Origin: Balanoglossus misakiensis
Lineage: Eukaryota; Animalia; Hemichordata
Direction of reading: 5' to 3'
Assembly (NCBI GenBank): GCA_040954595.2
Contig: CM082582.2
Location: 3,022,303-3,086,302 of the forward strand
Length of the DNA: 64,000 nucleotides
Positions 23,601 through 38,600 of the stretch are shown piece after piece. The position numbers and the translations under genes are program-made. Each line of letters starts with the position of its first letter. Within the stretch, counting starts at the first letter, position 1. The notes below the pieces were generated by a model. The model was not told the origin of the DNA and searched no databases. It saw nothing but the letters and a program-made list of their open reading frames with translations.

Positions 23601-26600
23601 TGTTTGTGCCAATGACGGGTAAGACCGCTTATGAAGTGGTGACCTAAGACAGGCGACAGTCAGGCTTCACTTACAAAAAGTGGAAAATACAATAGCTACA
23701 TTGGTAGGCTGAAAGCTTACTTCCTGAGACTGTTTGTGACAATGACAGGTAAGACCGCTTATGAAGTGGTGACCTAAGACAGGCGACAGTCAGGCTTCAC
23801 TTACAAAAAGTGGAAAATATAATAGCTACATTGGTAGGCTGAAAGCTTACTTCCTGAGACTGTTTGTGCCAATGACGGGTAAGACCGCTTATGAAGTGTT
23901 GACCTAAGACAGGCGACAGTCAGGCTTCACTTACAAAAAGTGGAAAATATAATAGCTACATTGGTAGGCTGAAAGCTTACTTCCTGAGACTATTTGTGCC
24001 AATGACAGGTAAGACCGCTTATGAAGTGGTGACCTAAGACAGGCGACAGTCAGGCTTCACTTACAAAAAGTGGAAAATAAAATAGCTACATTGGTAGGCT
24101 GAAAGCTTACTTCCTGAGACTGTTTGTGCCAATGACGGGTAAGACCGCTTATGAAGTGGTGACCTAAGACAGGCGACAGTCAGGCTTCACTTACAAAAAG
24201 TGGAAAATACAATAGCTACATTGGTAGGCTGAAAGCTTAATTCCTGAGACAGTTTATGCCAATGACGGGTAAGACCGCTTATGAAGTGGTGACCTAAGAC
24301 AGGCAACAGTCAGGCTTCACTTACAAAAAGTGGAAAATATAATAGCTACATTGGTAGGCTGAAAGCTTACTTCCTGAGACTATTTGTGCCAATGACAGGT
24401 AAGACCGCTTATGAAGTGGTGACCTAAGACAGGCGACAGTCAGGCTTCACTTACAAAAAGTGGAAAATAAAATAGCTACATTGGTAGGCTGAAAGCTTAC
24501 TTCCTGAGACTGTTTGTGCCAATGACGGGTAAGACCGCTTATGAAGTGGTGACCTAAGACAGGCGACAGTCAGGCTTCACTTACAAAAAGTGGAAAATAC
24601 AATAGCTACATTGGTAGGCTGAAAGCTTAATTCCTGAGACAGTTTATGCCAATGACGGGTAAGACCGCTTATGAAGTGGTGACCTAAGACAGGCAACAGT
24701 CAGGCTTCACTTACAAAAAGTGGAAAATACAATAGCTACATTGGTAGGCTGAAAGCTTACTTCCTGAGACTGTTTGTGCCAATGACGGGTAAGACCACTT
24801 ATGAAGTGGTGACCTAAGACAGGCGACAGTCAGGCTTCACTTACAAAAAGTGGAAAATACAATAGCTACATTGGTAGGTTGAAAGCTTACTTCCTGAGAC
24901 TGTTTGTGCCAATGACGGGTAAGACCGCTTATGAAGTGGTGACCTAAGACAGGCGACAGTCAGGCTTCACTTACAAAAAGTGGAAAATACAATAGCTACA
25001 TTGGTAGGCTGAAAGCTTACTTCCTGAGACTGTTTGTGCCAATGACAGGTAAGACCGCTTATGAAGTGGTGACCTAAGACAGGCGACAGTTAGGCTTCAC
25101 TTACAAAAAGTGGAAAATATAATAGCTACATTGGTAGGCTGAAAGCTTACTTCCTGAGACTGTTTGTGCCAATGACGGGTAAGACCGCTTATGAAGTGTT
25201 GACCTAAGACAGGCGACAGTCAGGCTTCACTTACAAAAAGTGGAAAATAAAATAGCTACATTGGTAGGCTGAAAGCTTACTTCCTGAGACTGTTTGTGCC
25301 AATGACGGGTAAGACCGCTTATGAAGTGGTGACCTAAGACAGGCGACAGTCAGGCTTCACTTACAAAAAGTGGAAAATACAATAGCTACATTTGTAGGCT
25401 GAAAGCTTACTTCCTGAGACTGTTTGTGCCAATGACGGGTAAGACCGCTTATGAAGTGGTGACCTAAGACAGGCGACAGTCAGGCTTCACTTACAAAAAG
25501 TGGAAAATACAATAGCTACATTGGTAGGCTGAAAGCTTAATTCCTGAGACAGTTTATGCCAATGACGGGTAAGACCGCTTATGAAGTGGTGACCTAAGAC
25601 TGGCAACAGTCAGGCTTCACTTACAAAAAGTGGAAAATACAATAGCTACATTGGTAGGCTGTAAGCTTACTTCCTGAGACTGTTTGTGCCAATGACGGGT
25701 AAGACCGCTTATGAAGTGGTGACCTAAGACAGGCGACAGTCAGGCTTCACTTACAAAAAGTGGAAAATACAATAGCTACATTGGTAGGCTGAAAGCTTAC
25801 TTCCTGAGACTGTTTGTGACAATGACAGGTAAGACCGCTTATGAAGTGGTGACCTAAGACAGGCGACAGTCAGGCTTCACTTACAAAAAGTGGAAAATAT
25901 AATAGCTACATTGGTAGGCTGAAAGCTTACTTCCTGAGACTGTTTGTGCCAATGACGGGTAAGACCGCTTATGAAGTGTTGACCTAAGACAGGCGACAGT
26001 CAGGCTTCACTTACAAAAAGTGGAAAATATAATAGCTACATTGGTAGGCTGAAAGCTTACTTCCTGAGACTATTTGTGCCAATGACAGGTAAGACCGCTT
26101 ATGAAGTGGTGACCTAAGACAGGCGACAGTCAGGCTTCACTTACAAAAAGTGGAAAATAAAATAGCTACATTGGTAGGCTGAAAGCTTACTTCCTGAGAC
26201 TGTTTGTGCCAATGACGGGTAAGACCGCTTATGAAGTGGTGACCTAAGACAGGCGACAGTCAGGCTTCACTTACAAAAAGTGGAAAATACAATAGCTACA
26301 TTGGTAGGCTGAAAGCTTAATTCCTGAGACAGTTTATGCCAATGACGGGTAAGACCGCTTATGAAGTGGTGACCTAAGACAGGCAACAGTCAGGCTTCAC
26401 TTACAAAAAGTGGAAAATATAATAGCTACATTGGTAGGCTGAAAGCTAACTTCCTGAGACTATTTGTGCCAATGACAGGTAAGACCGCTTATGAAGTGGT
26501 GACCTAAGACAGGCGACAGTCAGGCTTCACTTACAAAAAGTGGAAAATAAAATAGCTACATTGGTAGGCTGAAAGCTTACTTCCTGAGACTGTTTGTGCC

Positions 26601-29600
26601 AATGACGGGTAAGACCGCTTATGAAGTGGTGACCTAAGACAGGCGACAGTCAGGCTTCACTTACAAAAAGTGGAAAATACAATAGCTACATTGGTAGGCT
26701 GAAAGCTTAATTCCTGAGACAGTTTATGCCAATGACGGGTAAGACCGCTTATGAAGTGGTGACCTAAGACAGGCAACAGTCAGGCTTCACTTACAAAAAG
26801 TGGAAAATACAATAGCTACATTGGTAGGCTGAAAGCTTACTTCCTGAGACTGTTTGTGCCAATGACGGGTAAGACCACTTATGAAGTGGTGACCTAAGAC
26901 AGGCGACAGTCAGGCTTCACTTACAAAAAGTGGAAAATACAATAGCTACATTGGTAGGCTGAAAGCTTACTTCCTGAGACTGTTTGTGCCAATGACGGGT
27001 AAGACTGCTTATGAAGTGGTGACCTAAGACAGGCGACAGTCAGGCTTCACTTACAAAAAGTGGAAAATACAATAGCTTCATTGGTAGGCTGAAAGCTTAC
27101 TTCCTGAGACTGTTTGTGCCAATGACGGGTAAGACCGCTTATGAAGTGGTGACCTAAGACAGGCGACAGTCAGGCTTCACTTACAAAAAGTGGAAAATAC
27201 AATAGCTACATTGGTAGGCTGAAAGCTTACTTCCTGTGACTGTTTGTGCCAATGACGGGTAAGACCGCTTATGAAGTGGTGACCTAAGACAGGCGACAGT
27301 CAGGCTTCACTTATAAAAAGTGGAAAATACAATAGCTACATTAGTAGGCTGAAAGCTTACGTCCTGAGACTGTTTGTGCCAATGACGGGTAAGACCGCTT
27401 ATGAAGTGGTGACCTAAGACAGGCGACAGTCAGGCTTCACTTACAAAAAGTGGAAAATACAATAGCTACATTGGTAGGCTGAAAGCTTACTTCCTGAGAC
27501 TGTTTGTGCCAATGACGGGTAAGACCGCTTATGAAGTGGTGACCTAAGACAGGCGACAGTCAGGCTTCACTTACAAAAAGTGGAAAATACAATAGCTACA
27601 TTGGTAGGCTGAAAGCCTACTTCCTGAGACTGTTTGTGCCAATGACAGGTAAGACCGCTTATGAAGTGGTGACCTAAGACAGGCGACAGTCAGGCTTCAC
27701 TTACAAAAAGTGGAAAATACAATAGCTACATTGGTAGGCTGAAAGCTTACTTCCTGAGACTGTTTGTGCCAATGACGGGTAAGACCGCTTATGAAATGGT
27801 ATCCTAAGACAGGCGACAGTCAGGCTTCACTTACAAAAAGTGGAAAATACAATAGCTACATTGGTAGGCTGAAAGCTTACTTCCTGAGACAGTTTGTGCC
27901 AATGACGGGTAAGACCGCTTATGAAGTGGTGACCTAAGACAGGCGACAGTCAGGCTTCACTTACAAAAAGTGGAAAATACAATAGCTACATTGGTAGGCT
28001 GAAAGCTTACTTCCTGAGACTGTTTGTGCCAATGACGGGTAAGTCCGCTTATGAAGTGGTGACCTAAGACAGGCGACAGTCAGGCTTCACTTACAAAAAG
28101 TGGAAAATATAATAGCTACATTGGTAGGCTGAAAGCTTACTTCCTGAGACTGTTTGTGCCAATGACGGGTAAGACCGCTTATGAAGTGGTGACCTAAGAC
28201 AGGCGACAGTCAGGCTTCACTTACAAAAAGTGGAAAATTCAATAGCTACATTGGTAGGCTGAAAGCTTACTTTCTGAGACTGTTTGTGCCAATGACGGGT
28301 AAGACCGCTTATGAAGTGGTGACCTAAGACAGGCGACAGTCAGGCTTCACTTACAAAAAGTGGAAAATACAATAGCTACATTGGTAGGCTGAAAGCTTAC
28401 TTCCTGAGACTGTTTGTGCCAATGACAGGTAAGACCGCTTATGAAGTGGTGACCTAAGATAGGCGACAGTCAGGCTTCACTTACAAAAAGTGGAAAATAC
28501 AATAGCTACATTGGTAGGCTGAAAGCTTACTTCCTGAGACTGTTTGTGCCAATAACGGGTAAGACCACTTATGAAGTGGTGACCTAAGACAGGCGACAGT
28601 CAGGCTTCACTTACAAAAAGTGGAAAATATAATAGCTACATTGGTAGGCTGAAAGCTTACTTCCTGAGACTGTTTGTGCCAATGACGGGTAAGACCGCTT
28701 ATGAAGTGGTGACCTAAGACAGGCGACAGTCAGGCTTCACTTACAAAAAGTGGAAAATACAATAGCTACATTTGTACGTGAAAGCTTACTTCCTGTGACT
28801 GTTTGTGACAATGACGGGTAAGACCGCTTATGAAGTGGTGACCTAAGACAGGCGACAGTCAGGCTTCACTTACAAAAAGTGGAAAATACAATAGCTACAT
28901 TGGCAGGCTGAAAGCTTACTTCCTGAGACTGTTTGTGCCAATGACGGGTAAGACCGCGGCCGCTTATGAAGTGGTGACCTAAGACAGGCGACAGTCAGGC
29001 TTCACTTACAAAAAGTGGAAAATACAATAGCTACATTGGTAGGTTGAAAGCTTACTTCCTGAGACTGTTTGTGCCAATGACGGGTAAGACCGCTTATGAA
29101 GTGGTGACCTAAGACAGGCGACAGTCAGGCTTCACTTACAAAAAGTGGAAAATACAATAGCTACATTGGTAGGCTGAAAGCTTACTTCCTGAGACTGTTT
29201 GTGCCAATGACAGGTAAGACCGCTTATGAAGTGGTGACCTAAGACAGGCGACAGTTAGGCTTCACTTACAAAAAGTGGAAAATATAATAGCTACATTGGT
29301 AGGCTGAAAGCTTACTTCCTGAGACTGTTTGTGCCAATGACGGGTAAGACCGCTTATGAAGTGTTGACCTAAGACAGGCGACAGTCAGGCTTCACTTACA
29401 AAAAGTGGAAAATAAAATAGCTACATTGGTAGGCTGAAAGCTTACTTCCTGAGACTGTTTGTGCCAATGACGGGTAAGACCGCTTATGAAGTGGTGACCT
29501 AAGACAGGCGACAGTCAGGCTTCACTTACAAAAAGTGGAAAATACAATAGCTACATTGGTAGGCTGAAAGCTTACTTCCTGAGACTGTTTGTGCCAATAC

Positions 29601-32600
29601 GGGTAAGACCGCTTATGAAGTGGTGACCTAAGACAGGCGACAGTCAGGCTTCACTTACAAAAAGTGGAAAATACAATAGCTACATTGGTAGGCTGAAAGC
29701 TTAATTCCTGAGACAGTTTATGCCAATGACGGGTAAGACCGCTTATGAAGTGGTGACCTAAGACAGGCAACAGTCAGGCTTCACTTACAAAAAGTGGAAA
29801 ATACAATAGCTACATTGGTAGGCTGAAAGCTTACTTCCTGAGACTGTTTGTGCCAATGACGGGTAAGACCGCTTATGAAGTGGTGACCTAAGACAGGCGA
29901 CAGTCAGGCTTCACTTACAAAAAGTGGAAAATACAATAGCTACATTGGTAGGCTGAAAGCTTACTTCCTGAGACTGTTTGTGACAATGACAGGTAAGACC
30001 GCTTATGAAGTGGTGACCTAAGACAGGCGACAGTCAGGCTTCACTTACAAAAAGTGGAAAATATAATAGCTACATTGGTAGGCTGAAAGCTTACTTTCTG
30101 AGACTGTTTGTGCCAATGACGGGTAAGACCGCTTATGAAGTGGTGACCTAAGACAGGCGACAGTCAGGCTTCACTTACAAAAAGTGGAAAATATAATAGC
30201 TACATTGGTAGGCTGAAAGCTTACTTCCTGAGACTGTTTGTGCCAATGACGGGTAAGACCGCTTATGAAGTGGTGACCTAAGACAGGCGACAGTCAGGCT
30301 TCACTTACAAAAAGTGGAAAATACAAAAGCTACATTTGTACGTGAAAGCTTACTTCCTGTGACTGTTTGTGCCAATGACGGGTAAGACCGCTTATGAAGT
30401 GGTGACCTAAGACAGGCGACAGTCAGGCTTCACTTACAAAAAGTGGAAAATACAATAGCTACATTGGCAGGCTGAAAGCTTACTTCCTGAGACTGTTTGT
30501 GCCAATGACGGGTAAGACCGCGGCCGCTTATGAAGTGGTGACCTAAGACAGGCGACAGTCAGGCTTCACTTACAAAAAGTGGAAAATACAATAGCTACAT
30601 TGGTAGGTTGAAAGCTTACTTCCTGAGACTGTTTGTGCCAATGACGGGTAAGACCGCTTATGAAGTGGTGACCTAAGACAGGCGACAGTCAGGCTTCACT
30701 TACAAAAAGTGGAAAATACAATAGCTACATTGGTAGGCTGAAAGCTTACTTCCTGAGACTGTTTGTGCCAATGACAGGTAAGACCGCTTATGAAGTGGTG
30801 ACCTAAGACAGGCGACAGTTAGGCTTCACTTACAAAAAGTGGAAAATATAATAGCTACATTGGTAGGCTGAAAGCTTACTTCCTGAGACTGTTTGTGCCA
30901 ATAACGGGTAAGACCACTTATGAAGTGGTGACCTAAGACAGGCGACAGTCAGGCTTCACTTACAAAAAGTGGAAAATATAATAGCTACATTGGTAGGCTG
31001 AAAGCTTACTTCCTGAGACTGTTTGTGCCAATGACGGGTAAGACCGCTTATGAAGTGGTGACCTAAGACAGGCGACAGTCAGGCTTCACTTACAAAAAGT
31101 GGAAAATACAAAAGCTACATTTGTACGTGAAAGCTTACTTCCTGTGACTGTTTGTGCCAATGACGGGTAAGACCGCTTATGAAGTGGTGACCTAAGACAG
31201 GCGACAGTCAGGCTTCACTTACAAAAAGTGGAAAATACAATAGCTACATTGGCAGGCTGAAAGCTTACTTCCTGAGACTGTTTGTGCCAATGACGGGTAA
31301 GACCGCGGCCGCTTATGAAGTGGTGACCTAAGACAGGCGACAGTCAGGCTTCACTTACAAAAAGTGGAAAATACAATAGCTACATTGGTAGGTTGAAAGC
31401 TTACTTCCTGAGACTGTTTGTGCCAATGACGGGTAAGACCGCTTATGAAGTGGTGACCTAAGACAGGCGACAGTCAGGCTTCACTTACAAAAAGTGGAAA
31501 ATACAATAGCTACATTGGTAGGCTGAAAGCTTACTTCCTGAGACTGTTTGTGCCAATGACAGGTAAGACCGCTTATGAAGTGGTGACCTAAGACAGGCGA
31601 CAGTTAGGCTTCACTTACAAAAAGTGGAAAATATAATAGCTACATTGGTAGGCTGAAAGCTTACTTCCTGAGACTGTTTGTGCCAATGACGGGTAAGACC
31701 GCTTATGAAGTGTTGACCTAAGACAGGCGACAGTCAGGCTTCACTTACAAAAAGTGGAAAATAAAATAGCTACATTGGTAGGCTGAAAGCTTACTTCCTG
31801 AGACTGTTTGTGCCAATGACGGGTAAGACCGCTTATGAAGTGGTGACCTAAGACAGGCGACAGTCAGGCTTCACTTACAAAAAGTGGAAAATACAATAGC
31901 TACATTGGTAGGCTGAAAGCTTACTTCCTGAGACTGTTTGTGCCAATGACGGGTAAGACCGCTTATGAAGTGGTGACCTAAGACAGGCGACAGTCAGGCT
32001 TCACTTACAAAAAGTGGAAAATACAATAGCTACATTGGTAGGCTGAAAGCTTAATTCCTGAGACAGTTTATGCCAATGACGGGTAAGACCGCTTATGAAG
32101 TGGTGACCTAAGACAGGCAACAGTCAGGCTTCACTTACAAAAAGTGGAAAATACAATAGCTACATTGGTAGGCTGAAAGCTTACTTCCTGAGACTGTTTG
32201 TGCCAATGACGGGTAAGACCGCTTATGAAGTGGTGACCTAAGACAGGCGACAGTCAGGCTTCACTTACAAAAAGTGGAAAATACAATAGCTACATTGGTA
32301 GGCTGAAAGCTTACTTCCTGAGACTGTTTGTGACAATGACAGGTAAGACCGCTTATGAAGTGGTGACCTAAGACAGGCGACAGTCAGGCTTCACTTACAA
32401 AAAGTGGAAAATATAATAGCTACATTGGTAGGCTGAAAGCTTACTTCCTGAGACTGTTTGTGCCAATGACGGGTAAGACCGCTTATGAAGTGTTGACCTA
32501 AGACAGGCGACAGTCAGGCTTCACTTACAAAAAGTGGAAAATATAATAGCTACATTGGTAGGCTGAAAGCTTACTTCCTGAGACTGTTTGTGCCAATGAC

Positions 32601-35600
32601 GGGTAAGACCGCTTATGAAGTGGTGACCTAAGACAGGCGACAGTCAGGCTTCACTTACAAAAAGTGGAAAATAAAATAGCTACATTGGTAGGCTGAAAGC
32701 TTACTTCCTGAGACTGTTTGTGCCAATGACGGGTAAGACCGCTTATGAAGTGGTGACCTAAGACAGGCGACAGTCAGGCTGCACTTACAAAAAGTGGAAA
32801 ATACAATAGCTACATTGGTAGGCTGAAAGCTTACTTCCTGAGACTGTTTGTGCCAATGACGGGTAAGACCGCTTATGAAGTGGTGACCTAAGACAGGCGA
32901 CAGTCAGGCTTCACTTACAAAAAGTGGAAAATACAATAGCTACATTGGTAGGCTGAAAGCTTAATTCCTGAGACAGTTTATGCCAATGACGGGTAAGACC
33001 GCTTATGAAGTGGTGACCTAAGACAGGCAACAGTCAGGCTTCACTTACAAAAAGTGGAAAATACAATAGCTACATTGGTAGGCTGAAAGCTTACTTCCTG
33101 AGACTGTTTGTGCCAATGACGGGTAAGACCGCTTATGAAGTGGTGACCTAAGACAGGCGACAGTCAGGCTTCACTTACAAAAAGTGGAAAATACAATAGC
33201 TACATTGGTAGGCTGAAAGCTTACTTCCTGAGACTGTTTGTGCCAATGACGGGTAAGACTGCTTATGAAGTGGTGACCTAAGACAGGCGACAGTCAGGCT
33301 TCACTTACAAAAAGTGGAAAATACAATAGCTTCATTGGTAGGCTGAAAGCTTACTTCCTGAGACTGTTTGTGCCAATGACGGGTAAGACCGCTTATGAAG
33401 TGGTGACCTAAGACAGGCGACAGTCAGGCTTCACTTACAAAAAGTGGAAAATACAATAGCTACATTGGTAGGCTGAAAGCTTACTTCCTGAGACTGTTTG
33501 TGCCAATGACGGGTAAGACCGCTTATGAAGTGGTGACCTAAGACAGGCGACAGTCAGGCTTCACTTACAAAAAGTGGAAAATTCAATAGCTACATTGGTA
33601 GGCTGAAAGCTTACTTCCTGAGACTGCTTGTGCCAATGACGGGTAAGACCGCTTATGAAGTGGTGACCTAAGACAGGCAACAGTCAGGCTTCACTTACAA
33701 AAAGTGGAAAAAACAATAGCTACATTGGTAGGCTGAAAGCTTACGTCCTGAGACTGTTTGTGCCAATGACGGGTAAGACCGCTTATGAAGTGGTGACCTA
33801 AGACAGGCGACAGTCAGGCTTCACTTACAAAAAGTGGAAAATACAATAGCTACATTGGTAGGCTGAAAGCTTACTTCCTGAGACTGTTTGTGCCAATGAC
33901 GGGTAAGACCGCTTATGAAGTGGTGACCTAAGACAGGCGACAGTCTGACTTCACTTACAAAAAGTGGAAAATACAATAGCTTCATTGGTAGGCTGAAAGC
34001 TTACTTCCTAAGACTGTTTGTGCCAATGACGGGTAAGACCGCTTATGAAGTGGTGACCTAAGACAGGCGACAGTCAGGCTTCACTTACAAAAAGTGGAAA
34101 ATACAATAGCTACATTGGTAGGCTGAAAGCTTACTTCCTGAGACTGTTTGTGCCAATGACGGGTAAGACCGCTTATGAAGTGGTGACCTAAGACAGGCGA
34201 CAGTCAGGCTTCACTTACAAAAAGTGGAAAATACAATAGCTTCATTGGTAGGCTGAAATCTTACTTCCTAAGACTGTTTGTGCCAATGACGGGTAAGACC
34301 CCTTATGAAGTGGTGACCTAAGACAGGCGACAGTCAGGCTTCACTTACAAAAAGTGGAAAATAAAATAGCTACATTGGTAGGCTGAAAGCTTACTTCCTG
34401 AGACTGTTTGTGCCAATGACGGGTAAGACCGCTTATGAAGTGGTGACCTAAGACAGGCGACAGTCAGGCTTCACTTACAAAAAGTGGAAAATAAAATAGC
34501 TACATTGGTAGGCTGAAAGCTTACTTCCTGAGACTGTTTGTGCCAATGACGGGTAAGACCGCTTATGAAGTGGTGACCTAAGACAGGCGACAGTCAGGCT
34601 TCTCTTACAAAAAGTGGAAAATACAATAGCTTCATTGGTAGGCTGAAAGCTTACTTCCTGAGACTGTTTGTGCCAATGACGGGTAAGACCGCTTATGAAG
34701 TGGTGACCTAAGACAGGCGACAGTCAGGCTTCACTTACAAAAAGTGGAAAATACAATAGCTACATTGGTAGGCTGAAAGCTTACTTCCTGAGACTGTTTG
34801 TGCCAATGACGGGTAAGACCGCTTATGAAGTGGTGACCTAAGACAGGCGACAGTCAGGCTTCACTTACAAAAAGTGGAAAATACAATAGCTACATTGGTA
34901 GGCTGAAAGCTTACTTCCTGAGACTGTTTGTGCCAATGACGGGTAAGACCGCTTATGAAGTGGTGACCTAAGACAGGCGACAGTCAGGCTTCACTTACAA
35001 AAAGTGGAAAATACAATAGCTACATTGGTAGGCTGAAAGCTTAATTCCTGAGACAGTTTATGCCAATGACGGGTAAGACCGCTTATGAAGTGGTGACCTA
35101 AGACAGGCAACAGTCAGGCTTCACTTACAAAAAGTGGAAAATACAATAGCTACATTGGTAGGCTGAAAGCTTACTTCCTGAGACTGTTTGTGCCAATGAC
35201 GGGTAAGACCGCTTATGAAGTGGTGACCTAAGACAGGCGACAGTCAGGCTTCACTTACAAAAAGTGGAAAATACAATAGCTACATTGGTAGGCTGAAAGC
35301 TTACTTCCTGAGACTGTTTGTGACAATGACAGGTAAGACCGCTTATGAAGTGGTGACCTAAGACAGGCGACAGTCAGGCTTCACTTACAAAAAGTGGAAA
35401 ATATAATAGCTACATTGGTAGGCTGAAAGCTTACTTCCTGAGACTGTTTGTGCCAATGACGGGTAAGACCGCTTATGAAGTGTTGACCTAAGACAGGCGA
35501 CAGTCAGGCTTCACTTACAAAAAGTGGAAAATATAATAGCTACATTGGTAGGCTGAAAGCTTACTTCCTGAGACTGTTTGTGCCAATGACGGGTAAGACC

Positions 35601-38600
35601 GCTTATGAAGTGGTGACCTAAGACAGGCGACAGTCAGGCTTCACTTACAAAAAGTGGAAAATAAAATAGCTACATTGGTAGGCTGAAAGCTTACTTCCTG
35701 AGACTGTTTGTGCCAATGACGGGTAAGACCGCTTATGAAGTGGTGACCTAAGACAGGCGACAGTCAGGCTGCACTTACAAAAAGTGGAAAATACAATAGC
35801 TACATTGGTAGGCTGAAAGCTTACTTCCTGAGACTGTTTGTGCCAATGACGGGTAAGACCGCTTATGAAGTGGTGACCTAAGACAGGCGACAGTCAGGCT
35901 TCACTTACAAAAAGTGGAAAATACAATAGCTACATTGGTAGGCTGAAAGCTTAATTCCTGAGACAGTTTATGCCAATGACGGGTAAGACCGCTTATGAAG
36001 TGGTGACCTAAGACAGGCAACAGTCAGGCTTCACTTACAAAAAGTGGAAAATACAATAGCTACATTGGTAGGCTGAAAGCTTACTTCCTGAGACTGTTTG
36101 TGCCAATGACGGGTAAGACCGCTTATGAAGTGGTGACCTAAGACAGGCGACAGTCAGGCTTCACTTACAAAAAGTGGAAAATACAATAGCTACATTGGTA
36201 GGCTGAAAGCTTACTTCCTGAGACTGTTTGTGCCAATGACGGGTAAGACTGCTTATGAAGTGGTGACCTAACACAGGCGACAGTCAGGCTTCACTTACAA
36301 AAAGTGGAAAATACAATAGCTTCATTGGTAGGCTGAAAGCTTACTTCCTGAGACTGTTTGTGCCAATGACGGGTAAGACCGCTTATGAAGTGGTGACCTA
36401 AGACAGGCGACAGTCAGGCTTCACTTACAAAAAGTGGAAAATACAATAGCTACATTGGTAGGCTGAAAGCTTACTTCCTGAGACTGTTTGTGCCAATGAC
36501 GGGTAAGACCGCTTATGAAGTGGTGACCTAAGACAGGCGACAGTCAGGCTTCACTTACAAAAAGTGGAAAATTCAATAGCTACATTGGTAGGCTGAAAGC
36601 TTACTTCCTGAGACTGCTTGTGCCAATGACGGGTAAGACCGCTTATGAAGTGGTGACCTAAGACAGGCAACAGTCAGGCTTCACTTACAAAAAGTGGAAA
36701 AAACAATAGCTACATTGGTAGGCTGAAAGCTTACGTCCTGAGACTGTTTGTGCCAATGACGGGTAAGACCGCTTATGAAGTGGTGACCTAAGACAGGCGA
36801 CAGTCAGGCTTCACTTACAAAAAGTGGAAAATACAATAGCTACATTGGTAGGCTGAAAGCTTACTTCCTGAGACTGTTTGTGCCAATGACGGGTAAGACC
36901 GCTTATGAAGTGGTGACCTAAGACAGGCGACAGTCAGGCTTCACTTACAAAAAGTGGAAAATACAATAGCTTCATTGGTAGGCTGAAAGCTTACTTCCTA
37001 AGACTGTTTGTGCCAATGACGGGTAAGACCGCTTATGAAGTGGTGACCTAAGACAGGCGACAGTCAGGCTTCACTTACAAAAAGTGGAAAATACAATAGC
37101 TACATTGGTAGGCTGAAAGCTTACTTCCTGAGACTGTTTGTGCCAATGACGGGTAAGACCGCTTATGAAGTGGTGACCTAAGACAGGCGACAGTCAGGCT
37201 TCACTTACAAAAAGTGGAAAATACAATAGCTTCATTGGTAGGCTGAAATCTTACTTCCTAAGACTGTTTGTGCCAATGACGGGTAAGACCCCTTATGAAG
37301 TGGTGACCTAAGACAGGCGACAGTCAGGCTTCACTTACAAAAAGTGGAAAATAAAATAGCTACATTGGTAGGCTGAAAGCTTACTTCCTGAGACTGTTTG
37401 TGCCAATGACGGTTAAGACCGCTTATGAAGTGGTGACCTAAGACAGGCGACAGTCAGGCTTCACTTACAAAAAGTGGAAAATAAAATAGCTACATTGGTA
37501 GGCTGAAAGCTTACTTCCTGAGACTGTTTGTGCCAATGACGGGTAAGACCGCTTATGAAGTGGTGACCTAAGACAGGCGACAGTCAGGCTTCTCTTACAA
37601 AAAGTGGAAAATACAATAGCTTCATTGGTAGGCTGAAAGCTTACTTCCTGAGACTGTTTGTGCCAATGACGGGTAAGACCGCTTATGAAGTGGTGACCTA
37701 AGACAGGCGACAGTCAGGCTTCACTTACAAAAAGTGGAAAATACAATAGCTACATTGGTAGGCTGAAAGCTTACTTCCTGAGACTGTATGTGCCAATGAC
37801 GGGTAAGACCGCTTATGAAGTGGTGACCTAAGACAGGCGACAGTCAGGCTTCACTTACAAAAAGTGGAAAATAAAATAGCTACATTGGTAGGCTGAAAGC
37901 TTACTTCCTGAGACTGTTTGTGCCAATGACGGGTAAGACCGCTTATGAAGTGGTGACCTAAGACAGGCGACAGTCAGGCTTCACTTACAAAAAGTGGAAA
38001 ATAAAATAGCTACATTGGTAGGCTGAAAGCTTACTTCCTGAGACTGTTTGTGCCAATGACGGGTAAGACCGCTTATGAAGTGGTGACCTAAGACAGGCGA
38101 CAGTCAGGCTTCTCTTACAAAAAGTGGAAAATACAATAGCTTCATTGGTAGGCTGAAAGCTTACTTCCTGAGACTGTTTGTGCCAATGACGGGTAAGACC
38201 GCTTATGAAGTGGTGACCTAAGACAGGCGACAGTCAGGCTTCACTTACAAAAAGTGGAAAATACAATAGCTACATTGGTAGGCTGAAAGCTTACTTCCTG
38301 AGACTGTTTGTGCCAATGACGGTTAAGACCGCTTATGAAGTGGTGACCTAAGACAGGCGACAGTCAGGCTTCACTTACAAAAAGTGGAAAATACAATAGC
38401 TACATTGGTAGGCTGAAAGCTTACTTCCTGAGACTGTTTGTGCCAATGACGGGTAAGACCGCTTATGAAGTGGTGACCTAAGACAGGCGACAGTCAGGCT
38501 TCACTTACAAAAAGTGGAAAATACAATAGCTACATTGGTAGGCTGAAAGCTTAATTCCTGAGACAGTTTATGCCAATGACGGGTAAGACCGCTTATGAAG

